Assembly (NCBI RefSeq): GCF_006345805.1
Contig: NW_021826156.1
Location: forward strand, 1 to 13,269
From: Octopus sinensis
Lineage: Eukaryota
Length of the DNA: 13,269 bases
Reading direction: 5' to 3'
Shown here: positions 1 through 9,376 of the stretch, one piece after another
Position numbering within the stretch: the stretch's first letter is position 1
How the letters are laid out: every line of letters begins with the position of its first letter
Notes under the pieces: model-generated
Seen by the model: only the letters and a program-made list of their open reading frames with translations
Databases searched by the model: none
Told to the model about the DNA's origin: nothing
Translations under genes and position numbers: made by a program

Positions 1-315
1 GGGAGATTTAAATTACTAGTGTTGATGGGAGCATAAATGAGTATAGAATTCTTAAGACAAATTGGTGCCAACCACAGAATCAAATCCAAAGATTTATGTC
101 AGAAATTTCAACTCTCGGCTTACATAGCGTGCTTTGTGTTCAAGAGTTCATATCATCTCTTAGCCTCGTTTACACCGAATTTTTACATTTTCTGCGATTC
201 TTTGATTAATATGAAGCGATGTAGCATGAACATGAAGCTCTCGGGTAGATGAATCGAGTTCACTTACGCACAGATATACACATGTGCATTCATGCACATA
301 CGTACATATATACCT

Positions 316-390
316 ACATACATACATACATACATAAATACATACATACATACATGCATACATACATACATACATACATACATACATACA
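316..390. repeat. (CATA)n microsatellite
   Basis: Near-pure catacatacata run with few interruptions. Confidence 0.95.
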
Positions 391-589
391 TCTTATACGC
401 ATACATACATGCGCATACTGGTAAATACACAAAACTGAAATAAAAACGTACCTAACGGGTGCACACACCATACTGTTGCACAGATATACATACATAAGTA
501 CATGTATATATATTTACATATATGACATATATATGTTACATACAACTGCACAGACTCCTTTACGCATAAACACACACATATATGTATAT

Positions 590-623
590 ACATACATACA
601 TACATAATACATACATACATACA

Positions 624-656
<33 letters not shown>

Positions 657-770
657 GTATGTATGTAAGTTTGTGTGTGTAATATATATATTATATGTGC
701 TATATATGTTTGTATATGTATCTTATATATATGTATATATATGTATGTATGTATGTATGGTAATGTATGT
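590..770. repeat. (CATA)n followed by (TATG)n/(AT)n compound microsatellite
   Basis: CATA run at 590-652, then TATG and AT-type runs to ~770. Confidence 0.9.
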
Positions 771-843
771 TGTATGTCTGTATGGTGTATTATGATATGT
801 AATATTTTTTGCTGCTTTTTAATAAGTATTATATATATCTAAT

Positions 844-1086
844 ATAATAGAAGAAATTAAAATTACTAAGTCTCTCTAAGGAGATTACGGGCAGCGTTAC
901 TGGAAATTAATATCTATCGCCATACTAATATGGTAGTCTTATAAATATAAGTCTAAAGCTGTCGCTAATTAGCTTTAGTCTTATATTTATAAGACTGCCA
1001 TATTAGTATGGCGATAAATATTAATTTCCAGTAACGCTGCCGTAATCTCCTTTAGAGAGACTTAGTAATTTTAATATTTCTATTAT
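844..1086. repeat. Long near-perfect inverted repeat (arms 844-960 and 971-1086, 10-nt spacer)
   Basis: The left arm attaaaattactaagtctctctaaggagattacgggcagcgttactggaaattaatatctatcgccatactaatatggtagtcttataaatataagtctaaagct is the reverse complement of the right arm. Differences are 3 substitutions, 2 homopolymer indels and one small difference near the outer end. Confidence 0.95.
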
Positions 1087-1175
1087 TGAAAACAAGTGGA
1101 TGTATTCCACTGAAACTAGGTAAATAAAGCCTTCGAACTGGGACGATCAGTAGCGGCACCTGCAAGTCTGACTAC

Positions 1176-1218
1176 GCTGCATTGATAAGGGGCAACAACC
1201 CTGAAACATGTCTGTAGC
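1176..1218 (+). ncRNA. Minimal type I hammerhead ribozyme with U3/A8 core
   Basis: Stem I GCUGCA (1176-81) pairs with UGUAGC (1213-18). Core UUGAUAA (1182-88). Stem II GGGG-caacaa-CCCU (1189-1202). GAAA (1203-06). Palindromic stem III ACAUGU. GUC cleavage triplet ending at 1212. Confidence 0.8.
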
Positions 1219-1786
1219 TGTCTAACTGACAGGATGAAGCGGCTGACCTCCCTTGTTCGAAGGTTTATAATGGACGCATGTTGTGTGTCAAATAGCTAGC
1301 TTGAGGCGGTGGCCTCTTGGAGCTAATCAACGACAGCTTTAGTCTTATATTTATAAGACTGCCATATTAGTATGGCGATAAATATATATATATATACTAT
1401 ATAATATATATATATATATATATAATTAGAAAATAAACACATTTTTTTCAATTCAATAATGAAAAATTAAATTATACCATTTAGAAAAATTACATATTAT
1501 AGAAAGATTAAATATAAGATAAAACATAACAATTTTTAAGTAATATGCAAAATAGTAAATAAAACGTATATATTAGGTAGAATAACGACACGTGTATCGT
1601 GGCTATATTTAAGAAATGATAATAGTAATAATAATAGTAAAATTACTTCAATATTTATATAAATATAGCCACTCTTCAGGTGGAACATACTACCACCTAC
1701 ACAAAGCTATGCCTGAGTCTATTTTTCGCATAATTTTTCCATTAATGAGTGTGTACGAGGCACACACATACATGCATATATATATA

Positions 1787-2122
1787 GTGCCAAAGATCCC
1801 AGCAATGCCATCACGCTTCAGGACCAGCTTCTGCAACAGCCTGGGTTTCAAGGGCCCACAGCTTTTTGATATTCTCCCAAAGAGTCTGAGGAACTTGCAC
1901 AAAGTAGATGTAGCAGTTTTTAAATCAAAGCTGGACATCTTCCTGTCAAGAGTCCCAGATGAACCTACCTCACGGCAAGAAGGTGCAAATGAGAGTAGCT
2001 GTATCAAACTCCATTCTTCTCCAAGTGCCATATTAGACGAGGTTCGTCGTAATAACAGTGTAGCACAAACGGGCGGTGCATCGCATGGCCGCAGCTCTGA
2101 GCTGAAACTAGAAAAAAAAAAA
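1787..2122 (+). mobile_element. 3' fragment of a CR1/L2-group-like LINE (ORF2 C-terminus, 3'UTR, A-tail)
   Basis: Encodes NSLGFKGPQLFDILPKSLRNLHKVDVAVFKSKLDIFLSRVPDEP, a typical post-RT tail. After a 1-nt shift it continues QMRVAVSNSILLQVPY* (stop 2034-36). Ends in A11 (2112-2122). (AT)n on both flanks. Clade assignment is from recalled motif similarity. Confidence 0.75.
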
Positions 2123-2508
2123 TATATATATATACACGCATACATACATATGTGTATGCATGTGTGTGATTGTGTGCGTACATAAGTGTGTGTGTGTGTG
2201 TGCGTGCGTATGTATAGTTCTCTGTGTCAGTGTGTATAATACTCTGTGTCGTTTTTTTGGTGGGGCGTAAACGTTTATGCAACCGTGTGTGCGTTTTAAT
2301 ATACGATACTGCGTAAAATAAACAATGCATTTGAATTTTAGATAACATTTAACTGTTTCTCTTACATGTGAAAATTGTAGTTCTTCCCTCTTTGTATACA
2401 TCATAAACTAAAATTATTCTAACTTTCTCTTTTTATTTTTTTCCAATTTCGCTTCCACCATTTTAATTTTCAACACTATAGCGTACAACTTCAAGAGGCC
2501 TTCTACTC

Positions 2509-2510
<2 letters not shown>

Positions 2511-2593
<83 letters not shown>
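2511..2593. repeat. (CA)35 plus (TA)n microsatellite
   Basis: Pure CA run at 2511-2580, then TA run. Confidence 0.97.
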
Positions 2594-2727
2594 TTAATAT
2601 CCTCCTTTTCAATTAATTATGTAGCGTAAATTCATTTTATTGTATATTCAAACACCAAATAGTACTTTCTTTAGTTATACATGTATATTTATGTACTCGA
2701 AGTTGCGCGTAGGTGTACGCCCAGTGA

Positions 2728-2890
2728 ATACATACATACATACATACATACATACATACATACATACATACATACATACATACATACATGTATATATATA
2801 TATATATACATATATACATATGCATATACGAACATATATATATGTACATATGTATGTATACGGACATCATATATATATATATATATATAT
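2728..2890. repeat. (ATAC)n / (AT)n compound microsatellite
   Basis: Pure ATAC run at 2728-2788, then AT-rich dinucleotide runs. Confidence 0.9.
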
Positions 2891-3404
2891 ACACCCACAT
2901 TCACACATCATAAGATGAGGATATGCAATAAAAGAATATATATATATATGTATATACTTTGTATACATATATTCTCTTTTTTTTTTATTTATAGTCATTT
3001 ATTTCTCTGCCCATTCTCCTAAATGTACGTTTTTATTTAATGCAATGCTATTTTAAACTTTAAATTTAATTCTTTTGGCGCACAACATAATTCTTTCGGC
3101 TGTTTATTTATTTTTAAACATCTTACTTTAAGATTCTAGCCGTTTCTTTTCTCTTAATTTAAAATGAGACAATTTCTGATGTTAATCTTAACATGCATTT
3201 TTTTCTTTGCTGATGTAGTTACAGTAAATATAAATTGCTGTATAATTTATTCCAGGTGCCTTTGAGAAAATACATAGGTACTAAAACATATGTACTGTTG
3301 TAAGGTATTTATTTATATAATATAATATACATTCTACACTTCCTCCTACTGAATCCTGCTTTTAGTATTCTCGATGGTATGCACACACACGTATGCTTTT
3401 ATAG

Positions 3405-3480
3405 ATATATATATATATATAGATAGATAGATAGTCTGTCTGTCTGTCTATCTATCTTCTGTCTGTCTGTCTGTCCGTCC

Positions 3481-3522
<42 letters not shown>

Positions 3523-3581
3523 GTGTCTATCTGCCTGTCTGTCTCTCCATCATTCCGTCCGTCCGTCTGTCTGTCTGTCTG

Positions 3582-3623
<42 letters not shown>

Positions 3624-3644
3624 CTCTCTAATCTATCTATCTAT
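3405..3644. repeat. Compound microsatellite (AT)n-(GATA)n-(GTCT)n-(CT)n-(CTAT)n
   Basis: Successive tracts read directly. The tract ends atctatctatctat at 3631-3644, abutting the LINE. Confidence 0.95.
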
Positions 3645-6600
3645 AAGAGTCTGGATCTCAAGTAAGGACAATATTCGTAGACCCGGAGGGTAGACTGGTC
3701 GCCTGGACGTCGACGGCAGCAATGGGTGCGCTTTTCGACCTCGTATCAGTCTACGCACCGCCCTTAACGGTCGGGCGGATTTCTTTCAACGTCTAGAAGT
3801 ATTCTTGGGAACGTCCTCGTTCTTTACTCTTAGTGGGGGATTGGAATGCTACCTTGGACACGCATGTAGACTACGTGGGTAGAGATAGGAATAGACGGGG
3901 ATGCAAATGCCTCAGAGACCTGCTCAGACGCTTTCACACTGTCTGACAGGTTCCGACTAGACCACCCGAATGCGCCAACGTGGACATGGAGCAACCGCAT
4001 CGGGTCGTCGAGATCGTATCTAGATAGGATACTGTGGTAGACAGTAGACAGAGATAGCATAGGATGTCCACAATTCCACATAGTCAGCTACAACGGATCA
4101 CAAACTTGTGACATGTACGCTAGACTTAGGTAAGACACTTAGGCAGGGTCCCGGATACTGGAAACTAAACGCGTCTTTCCCATCGAGACAGGTTTTCAGA
4201 GACCGGATTAGCACACTAGTAAGAGGGCTTTGACGGGAGCCATCATCAACAACAAATGGTGGTTTGCCCTCAAGAGAGCAGTAAAAGCAGAAGCGATTAG
4301 GTACAGCAAAGCACTAGCCATAGATAGAAATAGAGTAGAGGGCGAGCTAGTTAAGAAGCTAGAAGAGGCAATTAGAAGCGGCACGCACGCATCCGACGTT
4401 TTGGCGGCGAGGTTGGCCCTCGACCAACACTTCAACGCCAAACACGAAGGATGTGCTGTCAGAGCTAGGATGCGTGCTCTAAGGAACGAAGGTGTTGGAG
4501 CCGCGAGAGAGGCCCGGGTGGCAGAGGCGCAACAGGGCAACAAAGCCACCATTCGGTCCCTGGTAGATGAACAGGGCGCGAATTGCTCGAGCCAAGTAAA
4601 ATGTGTGAGGCCTTTCAGCAGCATTTTGCCCGACTGTTCGGAACGAGTGGAGGGCAAGAACGTAGGGTGGACTTCAGTGCCTACCTACATAGCCTACCAC
4701 GACTCTCGACAAGAAAGGCAGGTGCTGCGAAGGTGCCATCACGGCGGCGGAAGTGCAGGAAGCGATGGCAGAATGCTCGGGGGACAAATCACCGGGTTTG
4801 GATGGTCTACCCTACGAGCTTTACAATTGTATGCCAGACTTGTTTGGAGATCTCTTGGCGGCGGTGTACTGCAACTGGCAGCAAAACGGGAGCATTCCTG
4901 GTTTTGTGTGAGCCGAGGAGCCGTAACACTGCTGAAGAAAGATCTAAACAAGGGAAATGTAATAGATAACTTTAGGCCCATCACTCTGCTTAATGCAGAC
5001 TTGAAAATTTTGGCCAAGGTGCTAGCCAGAGGTTTGCGCTTGTCATCGAGAAACTGGTCGACAGGGCGCAAACATGCGCCGTGCCAGGCCGGACCATCCA
5101 TGACAACCTCCACCTGATGCGCTACATCATAGACAGGGTAGTTAACGAACTTGGCATGGGTGGGGGCGCTGATCAATTTGGATCAATCGAAAGCTTTCGA
5201 TAGGGTGGACCATCGATACTTGGAGGCGGTCCTCGGAGGCGGCTGGCTTCGGTCCCGTCTTCCGCGGCTGGATAGCCGCTTGTTACAGAGGCATCCGTTC
5301 GGTAATTCGCGTGAATGGACATCTATCGAGACCCTTCGACATCGCACGTTCGGTCCGTCAGGGATGCCCCCTCTCGTCGCTTCTATACGTATTGACTCTC
5401 GAGCCATTATTGCGGAAGCTGGCAACCTTGAGAGGCATCCCGCGAGAACTGGGATGCGAGACGAGCGTGTCTGCATACGCGGACGACGTCACCGTCATAG
5501 TATCTAGCCACGAGCACATCGAGCAGGTCGGCGAGACACTGAAAAACTACGAAGCGGTGACAGGAGCGAAAATCAACCGGGAAAAGTCAGTGGGCTTGCG
5601 ACTAGGCACCTGGAGAAGCAAGCCCATGCCGTCCACCAGCGCCTCCGTCGTGGGACGCTGGACCGACGGCCCGGTTGAGTTGCTCGGGGTCTGGTTTGGT
5701 CCGGACCTCCAAGTGGAGAAGAACTGGAACGAGATAACGAGTAGGGTGGTCACTCTCGCCCGGCAATGGGCCGAGAGGAAACTGTCCCTAAAAGGTCGGG
5801 CGGAGGTGGCGAACACGTACATCGCGTTCCGTCATCTACTACCGCCTGACCGTCGTACCTTGTCCCGACCCTACCATCACACACAAACTACAACGCATTC
5901 TCTTTCGCTTCTTGTGGAAAGGATGCGTCCCGATGGTCAGGCGATCCATTTGCTGTCAACACCCGTTAAAAGGAGGGCTGGGCATGCCGTGGTTGATGAT
6001 GCGCAGACACGCGCTGAGACTGCGACATCTCTGGCTCTATGTAGACGACGGTGAACAGGTGTGGTCGCCGTTTGTGAGGCACGCTTTCCCGCAGTTCGTC
6101 TCCATGACCGAACTGCAGTCGTGGATCAAAAAGAGGCCGAAGAAGGGCGAATGGCACCGCGAGTGTCGCGTTGCTCTCAAGCAACTCTGCCGTCCTGTGT
6201 TGACCTTGAGTGACTTCAACACAACCAAAGCATTCTATAGGGGTTTAGTGGAGGGGAGGTACGACGACGAGCTCGGGGCGAACCTGGACGTCGACGAGGA
6301 GTACCTGACCCGCTTGTTCAGGACGACTTTCGGGCCAGGCCCATGGACAACTTCCAGAGATCCCTGGCCTGGCAGTGCTACCGAGAAGCGCTACCTGTTC
6401 GGGATAAGCTCTACAGACACGGCTCGAGAAACACGGGGCCGACCTGCTCGAGATGCGGTCAGAGCGACGAAACCGTTCTGCGCACTCGTGCAGTGTCCAA
6501 CAATTTCCGACCTGTGGGCTTGTGTCGAACAACTGCTGTCACTGTGGGACGAGTCGGTTTATCAGCTGAGTCTATCGTTAATATTTCCACGCCTCCCTCC

Positions 6601-6861
6601 TTCAAAACGGAAGGAAGAGCTATTTTCATCATCCTTGTGGCTATGGCGAAAGAATGTATCTGGTGGACGCGTCTGAAAGGATTGGAGACAACACTCTTTC
6701 CTCTCTGGTCAATCTCTCATCAACTTCTTCAAGTACCACTTGAAAAGGAAAGTGAGAGTAGAGAGGCAAGTTTTGTCTAGCGAATGTTTTAAAAAAGATG
6801 GGTGAATGTAGCAAGAATGGTACGTATGAATGACGAAGCCACCTTGAGCATGATCCTATGA
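3645..6861 (+). pseudogene. Frameshifted ORF2 (APE endonuclease, reverse transcriptase, zf-RVT-like C-terminus)
   Basis: APE motifs: GDWN (3836-47), YLDRI (4017-31), TDH (4093-4101), GPGYWKLN (4147-70). RT motifs: FRPITLLN (from 4971), DQSKAFDRV (5181-5207), RQGCPLS (5356-76), YADD (5476-87), GAKINREKS, LGVWF. Later GGLGMP and CSRC...C (6445-6496). Stop TGA at 6859-61. The motifs fall in different frames and the N-terminus is missing. Confidence 0.92.
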
Positions 6862-6935
6862 ACCCAGAAATTGAAAACAGAGAGTTGCTTATTTGCAAAA
6901 AAAAAAAAGAAATATAACATGTGACTCCATTGACC

Positions 6936-6985
6936 GAGGTTACCGTGGTCTTTTCCGTAGGCTTTTCTTTCCACGGGTAAACCTC
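6936..6985 (+). other. Stem-loop in the LINE 3'UTR
   Basis: gaggttaccgtgg (6936-48) pairs with ccacgggtaaacctc (6971-85) with two single-base bulges. Confidence 0.55.
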
Positions 6986-7233
6986 ACCTGTCCTCCCCTT
7001 TACACTTCATATTGACATTTCTGTGATAATGATCCCTATTGATCAATTTTTTTTTTCCTTCCTCTCCCCCTTTTTTTTTTAACTCCCCTTTTTTTTGTCC
7101 TCTTTCTCTCCTTTTACGATCCCTTTTGATCGAAACTCCCCCTTCCCTTTTTTTTTTTTTAAACCTTCAAAAGAAAGCTCTACCTTGTATTTGTTCTATC
7201 TGTGTGCAGCCCTGTGTGGCTAATAAAGAAACA

Positions 7234-7273
<40 letters not shown>

Positions 7274-7319
7274 ATCTATCTATCTATCTATCTATCTATC
7301 TTGTCTATCTGTCTATCTG

Positions 7320-7406
<87 letters not shown>

Positions 7407-7424
7407 GTCCTATCTGTCTATCTG

Positions 7425-7473
<49 letters not shown>

Positions 7474-7521
7474 ATCTTTATCTATCTATCCATCTATCTA
7501 TCCATCTATCTATCTATCTAT
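7234..7521. repeat. (CTAT)n/(GATA)n microsatellite with CTGT and CCAT variants
   Basis: ~290-nt tatctatc array. Confidence 0.97.
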
Positions 7522-8004
7522 ATACACCTGTGTTCGTGTATGTATATGACATCCTCCAGATGCACAAGCTCTGTTGATAACGGAATTCTGCTGTACTCAT
7601 TCACAGTACTTGCATTTCATTTCGCCAAAATTCATTGATGCACTTGCCATATCCAATATGCATATAACATAACATCCGCTCGTATGGTTTCCTTATTTCG
7701 CCTAAGATAACGTTTTATCATTCATCACTTACGCAAAATCAGAAAATTATTTCGTTCTCCTTTCTTCCTTTTTTTTTTATGCATTAAAATGTACGGTTAA
7801 TGAAAATAGAGGATGATAGGACTGCGATGCATAGCTGGAACATAAATGGAGTAATTCACTATGTTGCAATTTGTTCTTGTTTTAAAATCAGTTTTTGTTT
7901 TAACCGGCGGTGTTGTGTCAAACATATAAAAGTATAAGAAAATATATGCGCTCAGAAGCACATATACACATTTATACACACACGCTTGCATAGAATCATA
8001 TACA

Positions 8005-8006
<2 letters not shown>

Positions 8007-8053
<47 letters not shown>

Positions 8054-8084
8054 ACGCAAACACACACACATACACACACACACA
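8007..8084. repeat. (CA)n microsatellite
   Basis: CA run with a few interruptions. Confidence 0.95.
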
Positions 8085-8179
8085 GATATATGTAAACATA
8101 TACATTAATCTCTCGACTATCGCGGGTGTTACGTTCCAAAACTCACCGCGATAAGTGAAAATCCACGAAGTACAAAAAG

Positions 8180-8467
8180 TTACTCTTTTACTTGTTTCAG
8201 TCATTTGACTGTGGCCTTGCAGGAGCACCGCTTTTAGTCGAGCAAATCGACCCCAGGACATATTCTTTGTAAGCCTAGTACTTATTCTATCGTACTAAGT
8301 TCCAGGGACGTAAACACACCAGCATCGGCTGTCAAGCGATGTTGGGGTGTCAAACATAGACACACAAACATACCTACCCCCCCCCCATATATATATATAC
8401 ATATATGCGGCTAGCTTCTTTCAGTTTCCGTCTACCAAATCCACTCACAAGGCCCGAGGCTATAGTA
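8180..8467 (-). mobile_element. Partial SINE-like repeat (Octopus-type) lacking the 5' head
   Basis: The segments ttactcttttacttgtttcagtcatttgactg...ggacgtaaacacaccagcatcgg... and ctttcagtttccgtctaccaaatccactcacaagg match an abundant Octopus SINE as I recall it. There is a second homologous copy at 9743-9838 in this window and an internal CA/TA microsatellite. Confidence 0.75.
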
Positions 8468-8526
8468 TATTTCTTTTAGATTATTTTTGTAATTTGTATA
8501 TATTTTATTATAAATGCAAAACAACA

Positions 8527-8723
8527 CCACATACATACACACACGCACACACACACATTCACACACATACACACACATGCACACACACATGCACACACAC
8601 ATGCACTTATACACACACATGCACACACATACACACACACGCGCACACGCACACACAGATACATACACGCACACACACACACAGACGCACACGCACACAT
8701 ACACACATACACTTAAACACACA
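8527..8723. repeat. Degenerate (CA)n/(CACATG)n array
   Basis: Read directly. Confidence 0.9.
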
Positions 8724-8813
8724 CTTTTACCTTCTTTTTTTTTACAGCCATACCTAGGTTTCGAACTCTAATTAGCAAATAAAATAATTTGCTGTAAAAA
8801 AACAAGGTAAAAG
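8724..8813. repeat. Short inverted repeat (25/23-nt arms, 42-nt spacer)
   Basis: cttttaccttctttttttttacagc (8724-48) versus the reverse complement of 8791-8813, cttttaccttgtttttttacagc. Confidence 0.75.
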
Positions 8814-9376
8814 ATTTTATTGTTCATTCCCTTCGAAATTGCTCTTAAATGTGGTTTTGGACGTTTTGACTGCTACTTCTAGCATGTATGGCTGGCTGTT
8901 AAGGGTCGCCTTTATTGTGTTAAAATGTACACTAACTTTATATATACATATATGTATGTATATACAAATACATACATACGCACATACATATAAACGTGTA
9001 GGTGCAAACATATGCATACATACAACTAGTCAATGAGATTAGTCCCCTGTTACCTGCACTCGATGCTATTATCTGAGGTATTTAGTACAGGTGATTAAGG
9101 AAACAGGCAGGCTCGATGGTCTCTAGTCTGGTTGAGTAAAGTTGATAAGAAATGGAAAATTGTAAGGTAGCGTGAATGGAAGGGGAGGTAATCACCCAAC
9201 TCGAGAATTCTTGGAAGTGGACATTTTATTAAGGGAAAGAAGACAGCAGTGGATCCATATTTCTTTCTCAGAAGACCACGTGCATGCATAAATACATACA
9301 TGTATACATGCGTTGATACAGACATGTCTAGAGATGCCAGTATATGCATATGAAACAAAACATACAAATCTCTAAG

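Larger units (their letters stand above)
844..1385 (+). mobile_element. Non-coding hammerhead-bearing retroelement (retrozyme-like or Penelope pLTR-like) with an inverted 5' duplication
   Basis: 51-nt exact direct repeat at 971-1021 and 1335-1385 (period 364 nt). Inverted copy of 971-1086 at 844-960. Hammerhead at 1176-1218. Flanked by (AT)n on both sides. No recognisable ORF. Confidence 0.7.
3645..7233 (+). mobile_element. 5'-truncated L1/Tx1-type non-LTR retrotransposon
   Basis: GC-richer island with APE, RT and C-terminal zinc-finger motifs. ~370-nt 3'UTR with AATAAA at 7222-7227. (CTAT)n directly on both sides. Confidence 0.92.

Noticed and set aside
1-290. Non-repetitive island with the 71-aa ORF at 37-252; likewise islands at 7525-7990 and 9025-9290
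   Set aside because: No recognisable motif, no convincing splice-site pair, and frames are interrupted by stops.
160-644. ORFs rich in MYVC/HTYI repeats, also at 2004-2404, 2637-3022, 7039-7638, 8347-8771, 9372-9827 and 11892-12950
   Set aside because: These are translations of stop-free microsatellites (CATA, CA, CTAT), not genes.
590-770. Head-to-head (CATA)n/(TATG)n fold-back
   Set aside because: Commonplace in such microsatellite-rich DNA, and the arms are irregular.
971-1385. Direct repeats considered as retroviral-type LTRs or a CRISPR array
   Set aside because: No TG...CA ends, PBS or PPT. Only two direct copies, in a eukaryotic context with no cas genes.
1452-1475. AT-rich stretch resembling the reverse complement of ~1067-1090 (possible extra terminal inverted repeat)
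   Set aside because: Almost entirely A/T with gaps needed to align, so indistinguishable from chance.
1616-1786. N-terminal part of the 189-aa ORF
   Set aside because: AT-rich read-through upstream of the LINE fragment. Only 1787 onward has protein-like motifs.
3256-3304. Possible micro-exon after ttattccag
   Set aside because: The donor options are weak (gtacta) or give closed or awkward frames, and there is no independent support.
4208-6532. Minus-strand ORFs over the LINE (e.g. 4208-4657, 4739-5176, 5183-5476)
   Set aside because: Antisense shadows of GC-rich ORF2 with no recognisable motifs.
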